A stretch of 64,000 nt of DNA from Octopus vulgaris (taxonomy: Eukaryota). The notes beneath the pieces were generated by a model. The model had not been told where the DNA came from. It searched no databases and saw nothing but the letters and a program-made list of their open reading frames with translations. Numbering within the stretch: position 1 is the stretch's first letter; each line of letters opens with the position of its first letter. The stretch covers positions 13,826,001 to 13,890,000 of the forward strand of contig OX597815.1 of the NCBI GenBank assembly GCA_951406725.2, in the 5' to 3' direction. The position numbers and the translations under genes were made by a program. Positions 52,750 through 64,000 of this stretch are shown here, piece by piece.

Positions 52750-54200
52750 CTAGCAACAAAATTCAGTAGTTGATTATTTGAATTTTTAAATCTAAATCAA
52801 ATAAAAATTATGAATTTAAGCATGAATGCCATAAGTTCTATTTTGGTGCAGGGTTGTAGGTGACAACGTAGCAAAATCGAAATAGTTGTACTCAGACGAA
52901 TCAAAGACAGTTTTAAGTTGTATGAAGGATAAGTCAGTTATAAGCACCAAAGAGTGCAAATCTTTATTTAGAGATAATTTCTATTATATTAATGAGAAAA
53001 AATCTTTATAATTCAACATCAAAAAGAGTTGGAACAAATGAATTCAAATGAAACATAACTCATTCATTGGTTGTTCAGAGAAACTTTCTTAGACGTAACC
53101 TAAGTGCAATGTGAGAGCCTCAAAGTCTATTTTATCTCAAAACCAAAATGTATGAAGTGTTTGTGACACTTAGAAATATGAAGAGTATAAAAGGATTTTC
53201 AGGAAAGAAAACAACATTAATTTCCCGTGATGTTGAACTGAGTAGGATCTGAAATGCAGCAGATTAAACACAGGAAAAGAAAGTTGAGCAACCTTGAAAG
53301 AAATTATATAGTTGGGTAATCAAAGCTATTAAAAGTGCATATATGATAATTATATGAGTAATTTTCTCATATAAGAATTGGTTTCAAATTCTGTACCAAA
53401 GCCAGCAGTTCTTGGGGGATTACGTCAATGGCATCAACCTCAGAGCTAAACTGGTTCTTAGTTTATCGATTCCGAAAGGACGAAATGCATAGTCGACCTC
53501 GGCGAAATTTGCGCACAGAACGTAAAGACTGGTGAAATGCTGCTAATCGTATGCACCGAGTTGCAAATTTTCTGCCACCCCACCGTCTTTTTCTCACATA
53601 AGGGTTACAAAACAATTTCACAAGCATCACCAATGAATACAAAGAAATATCTTAATTTCTTGTGATGAACATAAAACCGTACTATAGGCATCGAAACGTG
53701 AGATGAAAGACACGTGTGTCCAATTTCACCAAACTTAGCATAAATAACAGGTGATTACATAAAAAGAGTTTTACTTTCGTAACTGTGTCATGTTTTCGAT
53801 GTTATTATACAATTAACTCAGCATTTTGTAAAGCAAGTTCCTGAAAAATTTAATTTCATATGAACATATCTGGCATTTTTGGAAGTTAGCCAATAAAGCT
53901 CGAAATAGCTAACAAATTACCACTGCTATTCCGCTACTCTTAAGTATGAAGACTTGCAATGGAAATGATGCATTTATTTTCAACACAAAGAGACGAGTTA
54001 GAAAAATCAAAAATAATGACTGTTGAAGTTGACTGCATATTTGTATTAGTTTCAAAATGTTTTTGAAAAACAAGAGAAAAAATGTCGATTTAATAAGATT
54101 GGGTTGGGCATAAATTATTGCAAGAGAAATTGATTTTGATAATTTTGTTCACAATTTAGATAAAAACATGCCAGAAAAATTCATTTCATTGGGTGATTAG
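52750..54200 (+). mobile_element. Very degenerate hAT (ZMYM1-like) transposase remnant
   Basis: C-terminal IAREIDFDNFVHNL.K.HARKIHF at about 54115-54190 resembles the hAT dimerisation-domain end. Upstream extent uncertain. Confidence 0.4.
53376..53588 (-). mobile_element. SINE family B (tail type 1)
   Basis: Full head-to-tail homology; TSD ttttctca(t/c)ataag at 53362-53375 / 53589-53602. Confidence 0.85.
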
Positions 54201-57200
54201 GCTTATCGTTGTTTTCTAGGCTCATTTATTTATCTTGTCAATGTAGTGCATGAGAAAGAAAATATTTTCGGAAGTTTATTAGAGTTATTATTTTGAGTAA
54301 GAATCAATTCAATTGATTTTCGAGCTAGACTATGCATTGGGAGATTTATATAAAAAATAACTATACGTGTTTACCTATTCTTTGTAAGTAAAACCTTAAG
54401 TAACTAATGTTGAGAACAATATTATTTTAATTACTATTGACTGAAACATTAGTAATACTATAAGCTAATCTGTATATGTAGCTAAACATTGATGCTACAT
54501 TGGAAATGCTGCGCCATTAGACTTGAGATTTCCTCTCATATAGACAATTGGTATATAAAAAGCATACTTATACATCGTAGCAGACGAAATTTGTCTGCGA
54601 GGATGCTGGATTTCCTTTATTACGTAATTTCCTTCTATTTGAAGTTATCAGAAGGAAACACCCGACCAAGTTACTGCATGCCAGTCAAATCTCGCTGCCA
54701 CGATATAAAGAGTGTCAGCATCTTTCCAGACGCTGATGTCACAAATAGCCAGTTGTCTTATCAAAAAGCAATTAGTATAGCGACAGAAGCAGTATTAATA
54801 CAAAAACGTAATATTTGTATCCAACGAAGCAAGGATGCCTTGCTAGAACACCGATCGCTTTGCGCTGATGACTTCAAATTCAGCGAATTGGAAGTGATAA
54901 GGGAATTCCAGTAAACTTGACAAAAGAATATCGTCTACTACGTCGTATATGTTTGCTTTGTATGCAACCGCCTATATGAGAGAACCTCTCAAGGCTAATA
55001 ATGCAGTATTAGGTATGCATAACAAAGCATACATGTTCTGTTGGATATAAAGATTACGTTTTGATAACAAAATCCGTGATTATAAGAAGCCATATCCAAT
55101 GTATTTCAGTGTTATTTTGTATCATGAGTCATGTTACACATTATTGTCATCCACGTTTAGGTTTAGAATTTGTCATAAATGTAAAAGATAATCCCATAGT
55201 TCTGAGAGAGTAGCTTTTAAAATATTCCTTCCTTTTTCCTATTTGTATCATTTGTGCATCATTTATGCATTTAAAATATACGTTGAAAATATATTCCCTT
55301 ATGTTGTGATAAGTAAAAAAATTGCCGTTCATTTTGGAGTAAAGAAAATATAATCAACGCTGTTGTTTCTCTTCAACGTAAGAGTTTCATAATCCGAATT
55401 CAAGTAATAATACAGGTAGGAATCGGGTGAAATATTTAATGCAAACATATTTTATAACAAACATAAAGTGTACAGAGAAAACTGCATTTGCTAATAAACC
55501 GGCTTGCGAATGAACTAATACATATATCTTCGATGTTATCTCTTGATTAGCCTCATTCAGCAACCATTTACACACTTCAAGTAGCTTAAGAAATATTAAA
55601 AAAAAAGCATATAATGCAGTCCTTCAAATACAGTACATAACAAAGAGATGGGATTGTCATGGCTGAAATATTATTGTTGATAAATTCAATCATGTTGCCT
55701 TCATCTGGGCCTACAAAAATATCTTATAATGCAGGGAATTTCCCAACCTGAAGCGATATGGCAGTCTGGCAATGTGGAAGCAATGTGGCAACTAGTTTTC
55801 ATCGCTGAGAATATGCCATACCATAAACGACAACAGTATTACTAGCACTGACAGAACTATTCCCACTTCAATTATTACACTTGAACTATTAAGACTCTTC
55901 CGAGTCTTATGGGATTATTGCTTGTCCATGAAACATGGCCATAATCAAATGGAAAACAAATGGGATAATCCATAGTCGTTTATATCATTGAATGATATCT
56001 CACATTATAACTTCATACTAGAACAGTTAACAAGGGAACTCTATGAGGCCATGCAATCAGTTAGAAATAACAGTCAAATTCCCTTTGACGTAACGGCCTT
56101 CCATCTTAGAATGAATTAAGTATTGCAAAATGTTGTTGCTTGTGCACGATGCTTAGGAGCCATGGCTTTATTGATAAGGCTGATTGAACAGAGACGATCT
56201 GAACCTGGAGAAGAAGGTAAAAATCAACAGCAATGATCAGGGTTATACCTCGACTGAAGAGATAAGAGTATTTCATTTTTTAGTTTTGCACTTCAAGAAG
56301 AATAGCGCCATTGGTTACAAGTTGACGAGTGGCCAAACCCTTATTTATTGCATTTTTGATGAGTGGGTGTTCGTTAATATTTGAAGACATGAGTAATTTT
56401 CGTAGATGAATTTCACAAAATGCTTTCACAAGCATCGTGAATAAAACCAAACTCATTGTATAAACGAAAAGCAATAGAAAAAGTATATTTGACATAAATC
56501 TCTCTAACATACATCCTTTACGTCGTTCCATTTCTATTACTGTTTACAGAAGCAAAAAGGAATATCTACATGAAGGATACTCGTGATTATTAAAAAAACG
56601 CATGCGGCACAGCTGCATGTTTGCCTTTCCGCTTTTGTTCTTCTAACGCGAGTATCTGTACATAGTCGAGGCGTCTAAGTGAAATATTAAATAAATCCCT
56701 CCTCTCAAATCATAAGTTACATTCATATTTAATGATAAATACAAGATACATAGGCCTGTTCCATTACAGTTTTCCTAGGACTAAACTATAAAAAAATCAC
56801 AATAAACAAGTTTTCTGCTTTATCTTACCATCGATAAGCAAATGCAATGGCAGATAGTTTGACTATTATTTTTCGAAAAATTATTCCACGTGAAAGATTG
56901 TTGTTGATATTTACAAATAGGCTATAACCAATAGTTGGTAAGAGATATTCATAGAGAGTTTCCGGTGTGTTGGACAAAATAATTTGTAGTTTAGTTGTGA
57001 GTTTTAAGGCTCTAGATTGCTTCACTCAATGTTATGAATGGTAAGAACTAATGAATTACTGAATTACATTGAATACACCCAGTAGCCAATCGCAAAGGTG
57101 AATAATGATTAATAAAGATGACAACTTAACAATCTACTTTTGGCACTGACATATTTGAGATAATAACTGTTGACATATGCACAACAATTATTGTTTGATT

Positions 57201-58074
57201 GCAGGATTTCCAACAAGAGACTCACAGATTATTGGCAATGACAATTCAAAAACCTATTGCAACCTTTCCCCCATGGACCTATGGTCTCATTTCCCTACCA
57301 CTTTTTCGCTTCTGCGACATTTTCTGACGCTCAAAACTAGTTAGCTGCCTTCTTACCTACCTCCACAGATTTGTCATAAACATTTCGCGCAAATTTTATT
57401 CATCAGAACTGCCCCTGCTGGTGATTAATCAGGTTTCTGTAGCAATGATCTCAGAAAACTGAGAGTTCTTGCAAAATAATGGGTATTGTATATAGTGTTC
57501 TGACAAATTAACGAAATCTGACTTTATTGAATACATGTATATCTAGAGTAATTTTAATATTAAGTAAGCATGGCAGCAGACACCTGAGGACGTCACGTTG
57601 GCCTGTGTTCGGAGCAAACATAATGAAAGTAGTCTATTTGGAAAGCTTAAGTGCAGATAAATAAATGAGTGTTTGGCTAGTTTCGTTATGTCTATTAGCA
57701 CCTTTAATAAATTATCTCTTTTGTGGCCGCGCAAATCTACTCTTGATCGGATGGGCCAAGTTTAAATTATCATCAAACGAAGCAATATTAGAATGGTAAA
57801 TGAAACACTTGTTTATGCTTATATATGCTGTTTAATCTCTACAGAAGCATTACACTCCAACGCGCTACGATCAGCATCTCCAGACCATTTTGATGTTTAC
57901 ATCACATGGATATTGTTAATAGAGTTTATCAGAATTTGATTGAAGTGAAAGCGTGCAACCCCGATATACTTTTCTATTTTTCCTAACATAATACGGTCTT
58001 TCAATTTTGTTTCTGAAATACCACATTAAAACTATTTATAACGGCTGCACCTTCTCATTTTCAATATCAATCTT

Positions 58075-58216
58075 TGTGTGTGTGTGTGTGTGTGTGTGTT
58101 TGAGAGAGAGAGAGAGTGTGTGTGTGTGTGTGTATGTGAGTTTGTGTGAGTGTGTGTGTGTGAGTGTGTGTGTATGTGTGAGTGTGTGTGAGTGAGTGTG
58201 TGTTTGTGTGTGTGTG
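58075..58216. repeat. (TG)/(GA) compound microsatellite
   Basis: Direct inspection. Confidence 0.95.
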
Positions 58217-59220
58217 ATGACTTGTTTCCTACAAGCACCACAAAAAGATATTCTTGTCTGGACTTATGGGAGGAAAAAAAAGCATAGGTGAAATAAACCA
58301 GTTATAGACAATGCCTCAAGGTTCGAGATCGAATAGAAAGCTGATTAATTTGACACGCTGACTTTGAACCAATTCCTCGGACGCCTAAATGGGAAAATAA
58401 CTGACCTCATCCGAACAAATAGCTGAACCAACTTTAATGCTATTGATTTCGTTTTCCCCAAAATCGATTATAATTATTTGCCATTTTCCCCTGAGACTAT
58501 TTGGATAATTGTTATACAAACACTTTATAGATGCCTTATCAAAGTTATGATTTTGTCTGAGCGTCCAGTAGGAATACGTTTATTATTAAAACGTCCATAT
58601 ATTCCTTCATTTATATTCCATGAGACAATTGACCACAATGTTACTTTCAAATATTTATCTATTACGGTGGCCACAAGTGAAAAGTGTCAGATAAAATATG
58701 TTCTCTAGTCTTAAGTCTTATTGAAATGATCATATTTTAATGTGATCTCTCATTTGTTACGTAGTCGTAAATCTCAAATAAAATAAATAGAACAAATAAT
58801 TATTCTCGAAAAGTCGCTAATGAAATTCTTTAGGAAATTAGCCGAGACAGGCAGCTGCATAAACAAACATTATACTTATCAGCTTACATATAAAGCACAC
58901 AATGTTAACATGAGTTTATAAAAGAGATATCGTTGAGTGCACAAGATATTGTATCACCGTAACTGAAATGACATCAGTTCAAATATCCTGCAGGGAACTA
59001 GTGTTTTCCAACAAGTCATATAATTATGTGAGCTACAATTAACCTACTTAGTGAGAATATACATCACTGGTGGCGATTTTCAATCTAGAGTAGAAGCTTT
59101 CTATTAAATGAGAGTTATTTTGCTTTGCTACGTTCCTGAGTTCATATACCGTAGCATAGTATTTTGATCATTGTCTTGCAAATATAATAGTGCCATTAAT
59201 ATATCAGAAGCGTTCTTTAA

Positions 59221-59840
59221 GGCAGCGAGCGGGCAAAATCGTTAACGCACCGGATAGAATGTTTAGAGGCTTCTCGTCTGCCTACGTTCTGTGTTCAAAT
59301 TTTGCCGATATTCACGTTATCTTTCGTCCTTTAGAGAGTGATAAAATAAGTAGCATTTGAACTCTGGAGTCGAGGTAATCGACTTATCCCCTCCACCAGA
59401 TTTTCTAGCCTTGTGTCAAAATTTGAAACCAATGAATTGGAACCATCCAAGGTGGAGATCTGGCAGAATCGTTAGCATGCTGTGTAAAACAGCGGCATTT
59501 CGTCCGTCTTTTCATTTGTGTTCAAATTCCGCCAAGGTCGATGTTGTTTTTCATCCTTTCGGGTTGGATAAAATAAGCACCAATTGGACACTGGTATCGA
59601 GATAATCGACTTATCCCTTTTCTCTAACTTGTTGGTTTTGTGCACAAATTTGAAACCCAATATATTAGAAGGCTTATTTAAGGCGTTGATCTTGGCAGAA
59701 TTGTTAACGCGACGAGCAAAATGCTTAGAGGCATTTCGTTAGTCCTCACGTTCTCAGTTCAAATTCGCACTGGAGTCGACATAATCGACTTATTCCCTCC
59801 ACCTGAATTGCTGGCCTTGTGCTAAAATTTGAAATCAATA
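59221..59840 (+). mobile_element. Head-to-tail array of three SINE family B copies
   Basis: Units at about 59221-59433, 59451-59662 and 59681-59840 (third lacks the central domain), each ending ...aaatttgaaa(c/t)caat. Confidence 0.88.
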
Positions 59841-60171
59841 TATTGGAACCATTTTCAAAAAGTATAACTGTTTATGTTATAAAAGTTGGGATTGAAACGT
59901 AGTAGTAACTGCTATCAATGTTGATAACGGATTTTATGACATTTTAAAGGTTTGAAAATCAAAGTTTACAAAGCATCGACTAAACATTTAATCTTTGTTG
60001 GAAAAAATATAAAAAAGTTGAACTTAGGGCCCAAACCCTCAAACAATAATTTTATGCCTTAAAATATTAGATGGCAATTTGGGCAATCTAGCTTTCAGTT
60101 GTTGGAGGACGTACAAAGTCATGGGCATTACATCTATCAAATGACTAAACCCATTAATATTTCTATTTATT

Positions 60172-60390
60172 AGGACTGTCAGCTAGCAGGCCGTTTAGCT
60201 TGCTAGGCGAAGTGCTAAGCGACATTCATCCTGTCTTTACGTTCTGATTTCAAATTCCACCAAGGTCGACCTTGCCTTTAGTCCGTTCAGGACTGATAAA
60301 ATTATCACTAGTGCAGCAACATGGTCGATGTAATCGACTTATCCCATCCCCCGATATTGTTGGCCTTGTGCCAAAATTTGAAACCAATAA
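60172..60390 (+). mobile_element. SINE family B (tail type 1)
   Basis: tttacgttctgatttcaaattccaccaaggtcgaccttgcc...ggccttgtgccaaaatttgaaaccaata. Confidence 0.82.
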
Positions 60391-60416
60391 TTAGACTAGT
60401 TGATTATTTTAACTGT

Positions 60417-60782
60417 AGGAGGGAAACACTCCGTCGGTTACGACGACGAGCGTTCCGGTTGATCCGATCAACGGAACAGCCTTCTCGTGAAATTAACGTG
60501 TAAGTGGCTGAGCACTCCACAGACACGTGTACCCTTAACGTAGTTCTCGGGGATATTCAGCGTGACACAGAGAGTGACAAGGCCGGCCCTTTGAAATACA
60601 GGTACAACAGAAACAGGAAGTAAGAGTGAGAGAAAGTTGTAGTGAAAGAGTACAGCAGGGATCAAACCATCCCTGCCGGAGCCTCGTGGAGCTTTAGGTG
60701 TTTTCGCTCAATAAACACTCACAACGCCCGATCCTACGACCGCGAGTCCGCTGCCCTAACCACTGGGCCATTGCGCCTTCAC
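60417..60782 (-). mobile_element. SINE family C, copy 2 (B box deleted)
   Basis: Highly similar to 50723-51108; TSD tattt(t/a)aactgt at 60405-60416 / 60783-60794. Confidence 0.9.
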
Positions 60783-61300
60783 TATTTAAACTGTTTAACA
60801 TTGGGCATTGCTTTGTGCCATACATAAGAACGGTATGTTTATGTTCTGTAATATATGTATGTATTACTTCTATCAGTGTAATCGTTCTTTAACCCGAAAT
60901 TAAAGTTATCAGTATTTCCACATATTTCGTTAAATTATTCAATATTTTAAAATTATGTTTAGCTAGACTTCATTCTCTGTCAGAATTAATATGTATTTAT
61001 AATATTGTGCTGATATAAGTTAATCTCAATATATTATTAAGTAGAATATTTCTCTAGAATGACAGTACCTACCCATCCGAATTTCTCGTTTCTTGTATCA
61101 TTTTGTAATATAAGTTTGTAACAAGTGTTCTTGGTTCCCATGTCACAATAGTGCCATAGTTTTCATTGTATAAATCATTCAACTAAGTTACGTTGATGTC
61201 ATAAACATTCTAAATGTTAGAATAGGTAAGCGGAAATATTGTGACTTATTGTTGAGTGAGTGGCATTAAATATGCTTGTTATATTTGTATATTCAACTTC

Positions 61301-61302
<2 letters not shown>

Positions 61303-61388
<86 letters not shown>

Positions 61389-61389
61389 C

Positions 61390-61440
<51 letters not shown>
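61303..61440. repeat. (TATC)n microsatellite
   Basis: Direct inspection. Confidence 0.97.
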
Positions 61441-61441
<1 letters not shown>

Positions 61442-61952
61442 TCTATTCTATCTATTTTTCTATCTGTGTGTACGTGTGTATTTTATATTTTTATTTTTGC
61501 ATGGAACTGGATTTCTTAGGTGGGAAAATCTTTGTAAACCATTTCTCATTTGCCTGATGTCATTGAGTTCTCGATGTGTATGTCAACGCCACACCATCGC
61601 ATTTCATAGTCGTATTTTAAATTATATTCTATTTTTCATAATACATCATTAGTGCCTCTCCATCTTACTGTTTTGGTTTCACAACATTTGATATTTGTTG
61701 AGCAGTGGGAAGATTGGGCAGAGTTATAATTTTAGCTGATATTGTTCAAGTTTGCATTAGTTTCTATTTAGATTTAACATGCTCCTCGTCTCCTTCAGCA
61801 AATATTTTTACAATGGCTTTCTAATTGAATACGACATCTGTGTTGCAGCGATCGTGCAAATATGCATATTCATGGATACTTACATGCACACATACACACA
61901 CTCACACACACACACACAACTAATTATACGCACAAACACGCACACATATGCA

Positions 61953-62044
61953 TGTATGTATGTATGTATGTATGTATGTATGTATGTATGTATGTATGAT
62001 AGATAGATAGATAGATTGATAGATAGACAGACAGACAGACAAAC

Positions 62045-62106
<62 letters not shown>

Positions 62107-62166
62107 GTAGACAGATAGATAGATAGATAGATAGACAGATAGACAGACAGACAGACATACATACAT

Positions 62167-62197
<31 letters not shown>

Positions 62198-62254
62198 TAC
62201 AGATAGATAGATAGATAGATAGATAGGTAGATAGATAGATAGATAGATAGATAT

Positions 62255-62350
<96 letters not shown>
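61953..62350. repeat. (TATG)/(GATA)/(GACA)n compound microsatellite
   Basis: Direct inspection. Confidence 0.97.
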
Positions 62351-62351
<1 letters not shown>

Positions 62352-62710
62352 AAATTCTGAATCTCAGCGATTTTGGATATATAATATTTTTCAAACAACA
62401 CTTTATTTTTCTTCTATCCAGACACGCTCATTCACTTACATATTTTAAAATAACATAACACAATTTAGATGAGTATGAGTATACACAAATAAACATATAC
62501 ACAAACTCGAATACACACCGACACATATATATATATTACTTATTTGGGTTATTTAGTTTAAACAATATTAGTATTTGATTAATATATAGTATTCGATTTA
62601 ATCTTGCCATTCTCTTTTCTCTCCGACATAACAATTATTGGAAATTATCTCTGTCTGTACTAATTTACTCGCAGGATTTCGGTCTTTTTTATTATTTTCT
62701 TTATAATTAA

Positions 62711-63107
62711 CTAGCAGTATCGCCCGGCGTTGCTCGGGTTTCTAAGGGAAATAAATATATAAGCATTTTTAGAGATGTAAAGTATAATAGCCATCTAAAT
62801 ATGGCTAACCACAAAGGGGGTGGGGTGTTACTGTAGCTTTTTACGTTCTGAGATTTAATAATAAACTTTTAGAGAGTTACTTCCATTATATATGCCAAAA
62901 ATGCATTAAAATGGGAAAAATTGATGGTAATTTTTTTTTAAATCGTAGACTCATCGTAGACGCGCGCTAATACCCAGAAGGACTCGATATGAATCACGAC
63001 TATAAGATACCCGGTTTTGGTTAAACTGCACCGCAAAATGTGGGAGTAGTTAGGAATCTAAATTGTTGGAGACAGACAGCACACAACCTCTCTTTTATAT
63101 ATAAAGA
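62711..63107 (-). mobile_element. Complete non-autonomous Helitron (397 bp), copy 2
   Basis: Same termini as 50063-50459: A|TC...hairpin...CTAG|T. Confidence 0.9.
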
Positions 63108-63477
63108 TTTCCGAGATGTTGAACTAGATCTGTTTTGTGGTCAATTTTGGATACTGAATTCTTATGTAACAGACGTTTCATATTTGGGACATAAGCTTTG
63201 AAGTCATCATATGATACTTCTAACTTTATCCAATTCTATATTTGTCGTGAATTCTAGAAAGAACAGCAGAAAGCCCGGAGAATACATTACAAAAAAGGCA
63301 GAATTAAAAAAAGAGGGACACAGCGAGGGTCAAAGAGGTTTTAAAAAATGATCTAAGCATAATTCGGTTTGCTTTTCACAATTTCCACTTTTTTTATTGA
63401 TTGTTTGTTCGGTATCTCCGATTTCTATTGGTGTTATTTTAATCAGGTTGAAGTTGTAAAATATTATAGTATAGTAC

Positions 63478-63690
63478 AGCTGTAGAAATGAGTTGCGACG
63501 TCACTGGTGCCAAGCTGTATCGACCTTTGTCTTTCCCTTGGATAACACTGGTGGCGTGGAGAGAGAAGGCTGGTATGCATGGGCGACTGCTGGTCTTCCA
63601 TAAACAACCTTGCCCGGACTTGTGTCTAGGAGGGTAACTTTCTAGGTGCAATCCCATGGTCATTCATGACCGAAGGGGGTCTTTACCCTA
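63478..63690 (+). mobile_element. GC-rich interspersed repeat fragment, probably the 3' part of another octopus SINE
   Basis: Abrupt GC-rich island with internal stem gtgtctaggagg/ctttctaggtgc ending gggggtctttacc. Single copy here; assignment from recall only. Confidence 0.45.
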
Positions 63691-63757
63691 GTAACAGTGG
63701 AAGCGGCAATGAAATCAGTCTATATTCGGCACTTATCTTTCACTCTAGGTTTATATT

Positions 63758-64000
63758 AATTCAAATTTTGACACAAGGCAAGCAGTTTTCTGGGAAGGAG
63801 TAAGTAGATTACATCAATTCAAGCGCTCAACTGGTACTTATTTTATCCACTCCGAAAATATGAAAGGCAAAATCGACCTCGGCGAAATTTGAACCCAGGC
63901 CGTACAGGTAGACAAAATGTCGCTAAACCTTTTCCCGACGTGCTAACGATTCTCCCAGCTTGCTGCCTTAACCTCTAGCTATATATTGGTTTCAAATTTT
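63758..64000 (-). mobile_element. SINE family B copy plus the tail of a second tandem copy cut by the window edge
   Basis: Full copy about 63758-63970; TSD ctctag(g/c)t(t/a)tatatt at 63743-63757 / 63973-63987; next tail ggtttcaaatttt from 63988. Confidence 0.85.

Noticed and set aside
56825-57025. Minus-strand 66-aa ORF ending at a GTAAG
   Set aside because: No clear acceptor or homology; length is compatible with chance.
57378-57410. Minus-strand CTGATGA...GAAA motif
   Set aside because: The intervening ataaaatttgcgc cannot form stem II.
63560-63690. HDV-like ribozyme in the GC-rich repeat
   Set aside because: Only one GU-rich stem is evident; I could not build the nested double pseudoknot.

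Overview
AT-rich, microsatellite-dense eukaryotic DNA, very probably from an octopus (inferred from the SINE families and repeat landscape). I found no host protein-coding gene I can support, so the window reads as intergenic or intronic. Most ORF-track entries are translations of (TA)n, (CA)n or (GATA)n repeats. It is dense in decayed transposons: three tRNA-derived SINE families, CR1-, RTE-, R4/Dong- and Penelope-type retroelement fragments, two mariners, a Helitron with a PIF1-like helicase remnant, non-autonomous Helitrons and a probable hAT remnant. Most interesting: (1) two diverged copies of an apparently ORF1-only (HAL1-like) retroelement encoding a CCHC zinc knuckle and a conserved unnamed C-terminal domain; one copy shares its 3' tail with a SINE subfamily; (2) several minimal hammerhead-ribozyme-like cores in Penelope-type terminal repeats, one inside a long foldback palindrome; (3) head-to-tail SINE arrays apparently built by repeated insertion into the same target-site duplication; (4) a SINE/CR1-LINE pair with a shared 3' tail. 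Family names come from motif recognition by eye, not database searches, and boundaries of decayed elements are approximate.
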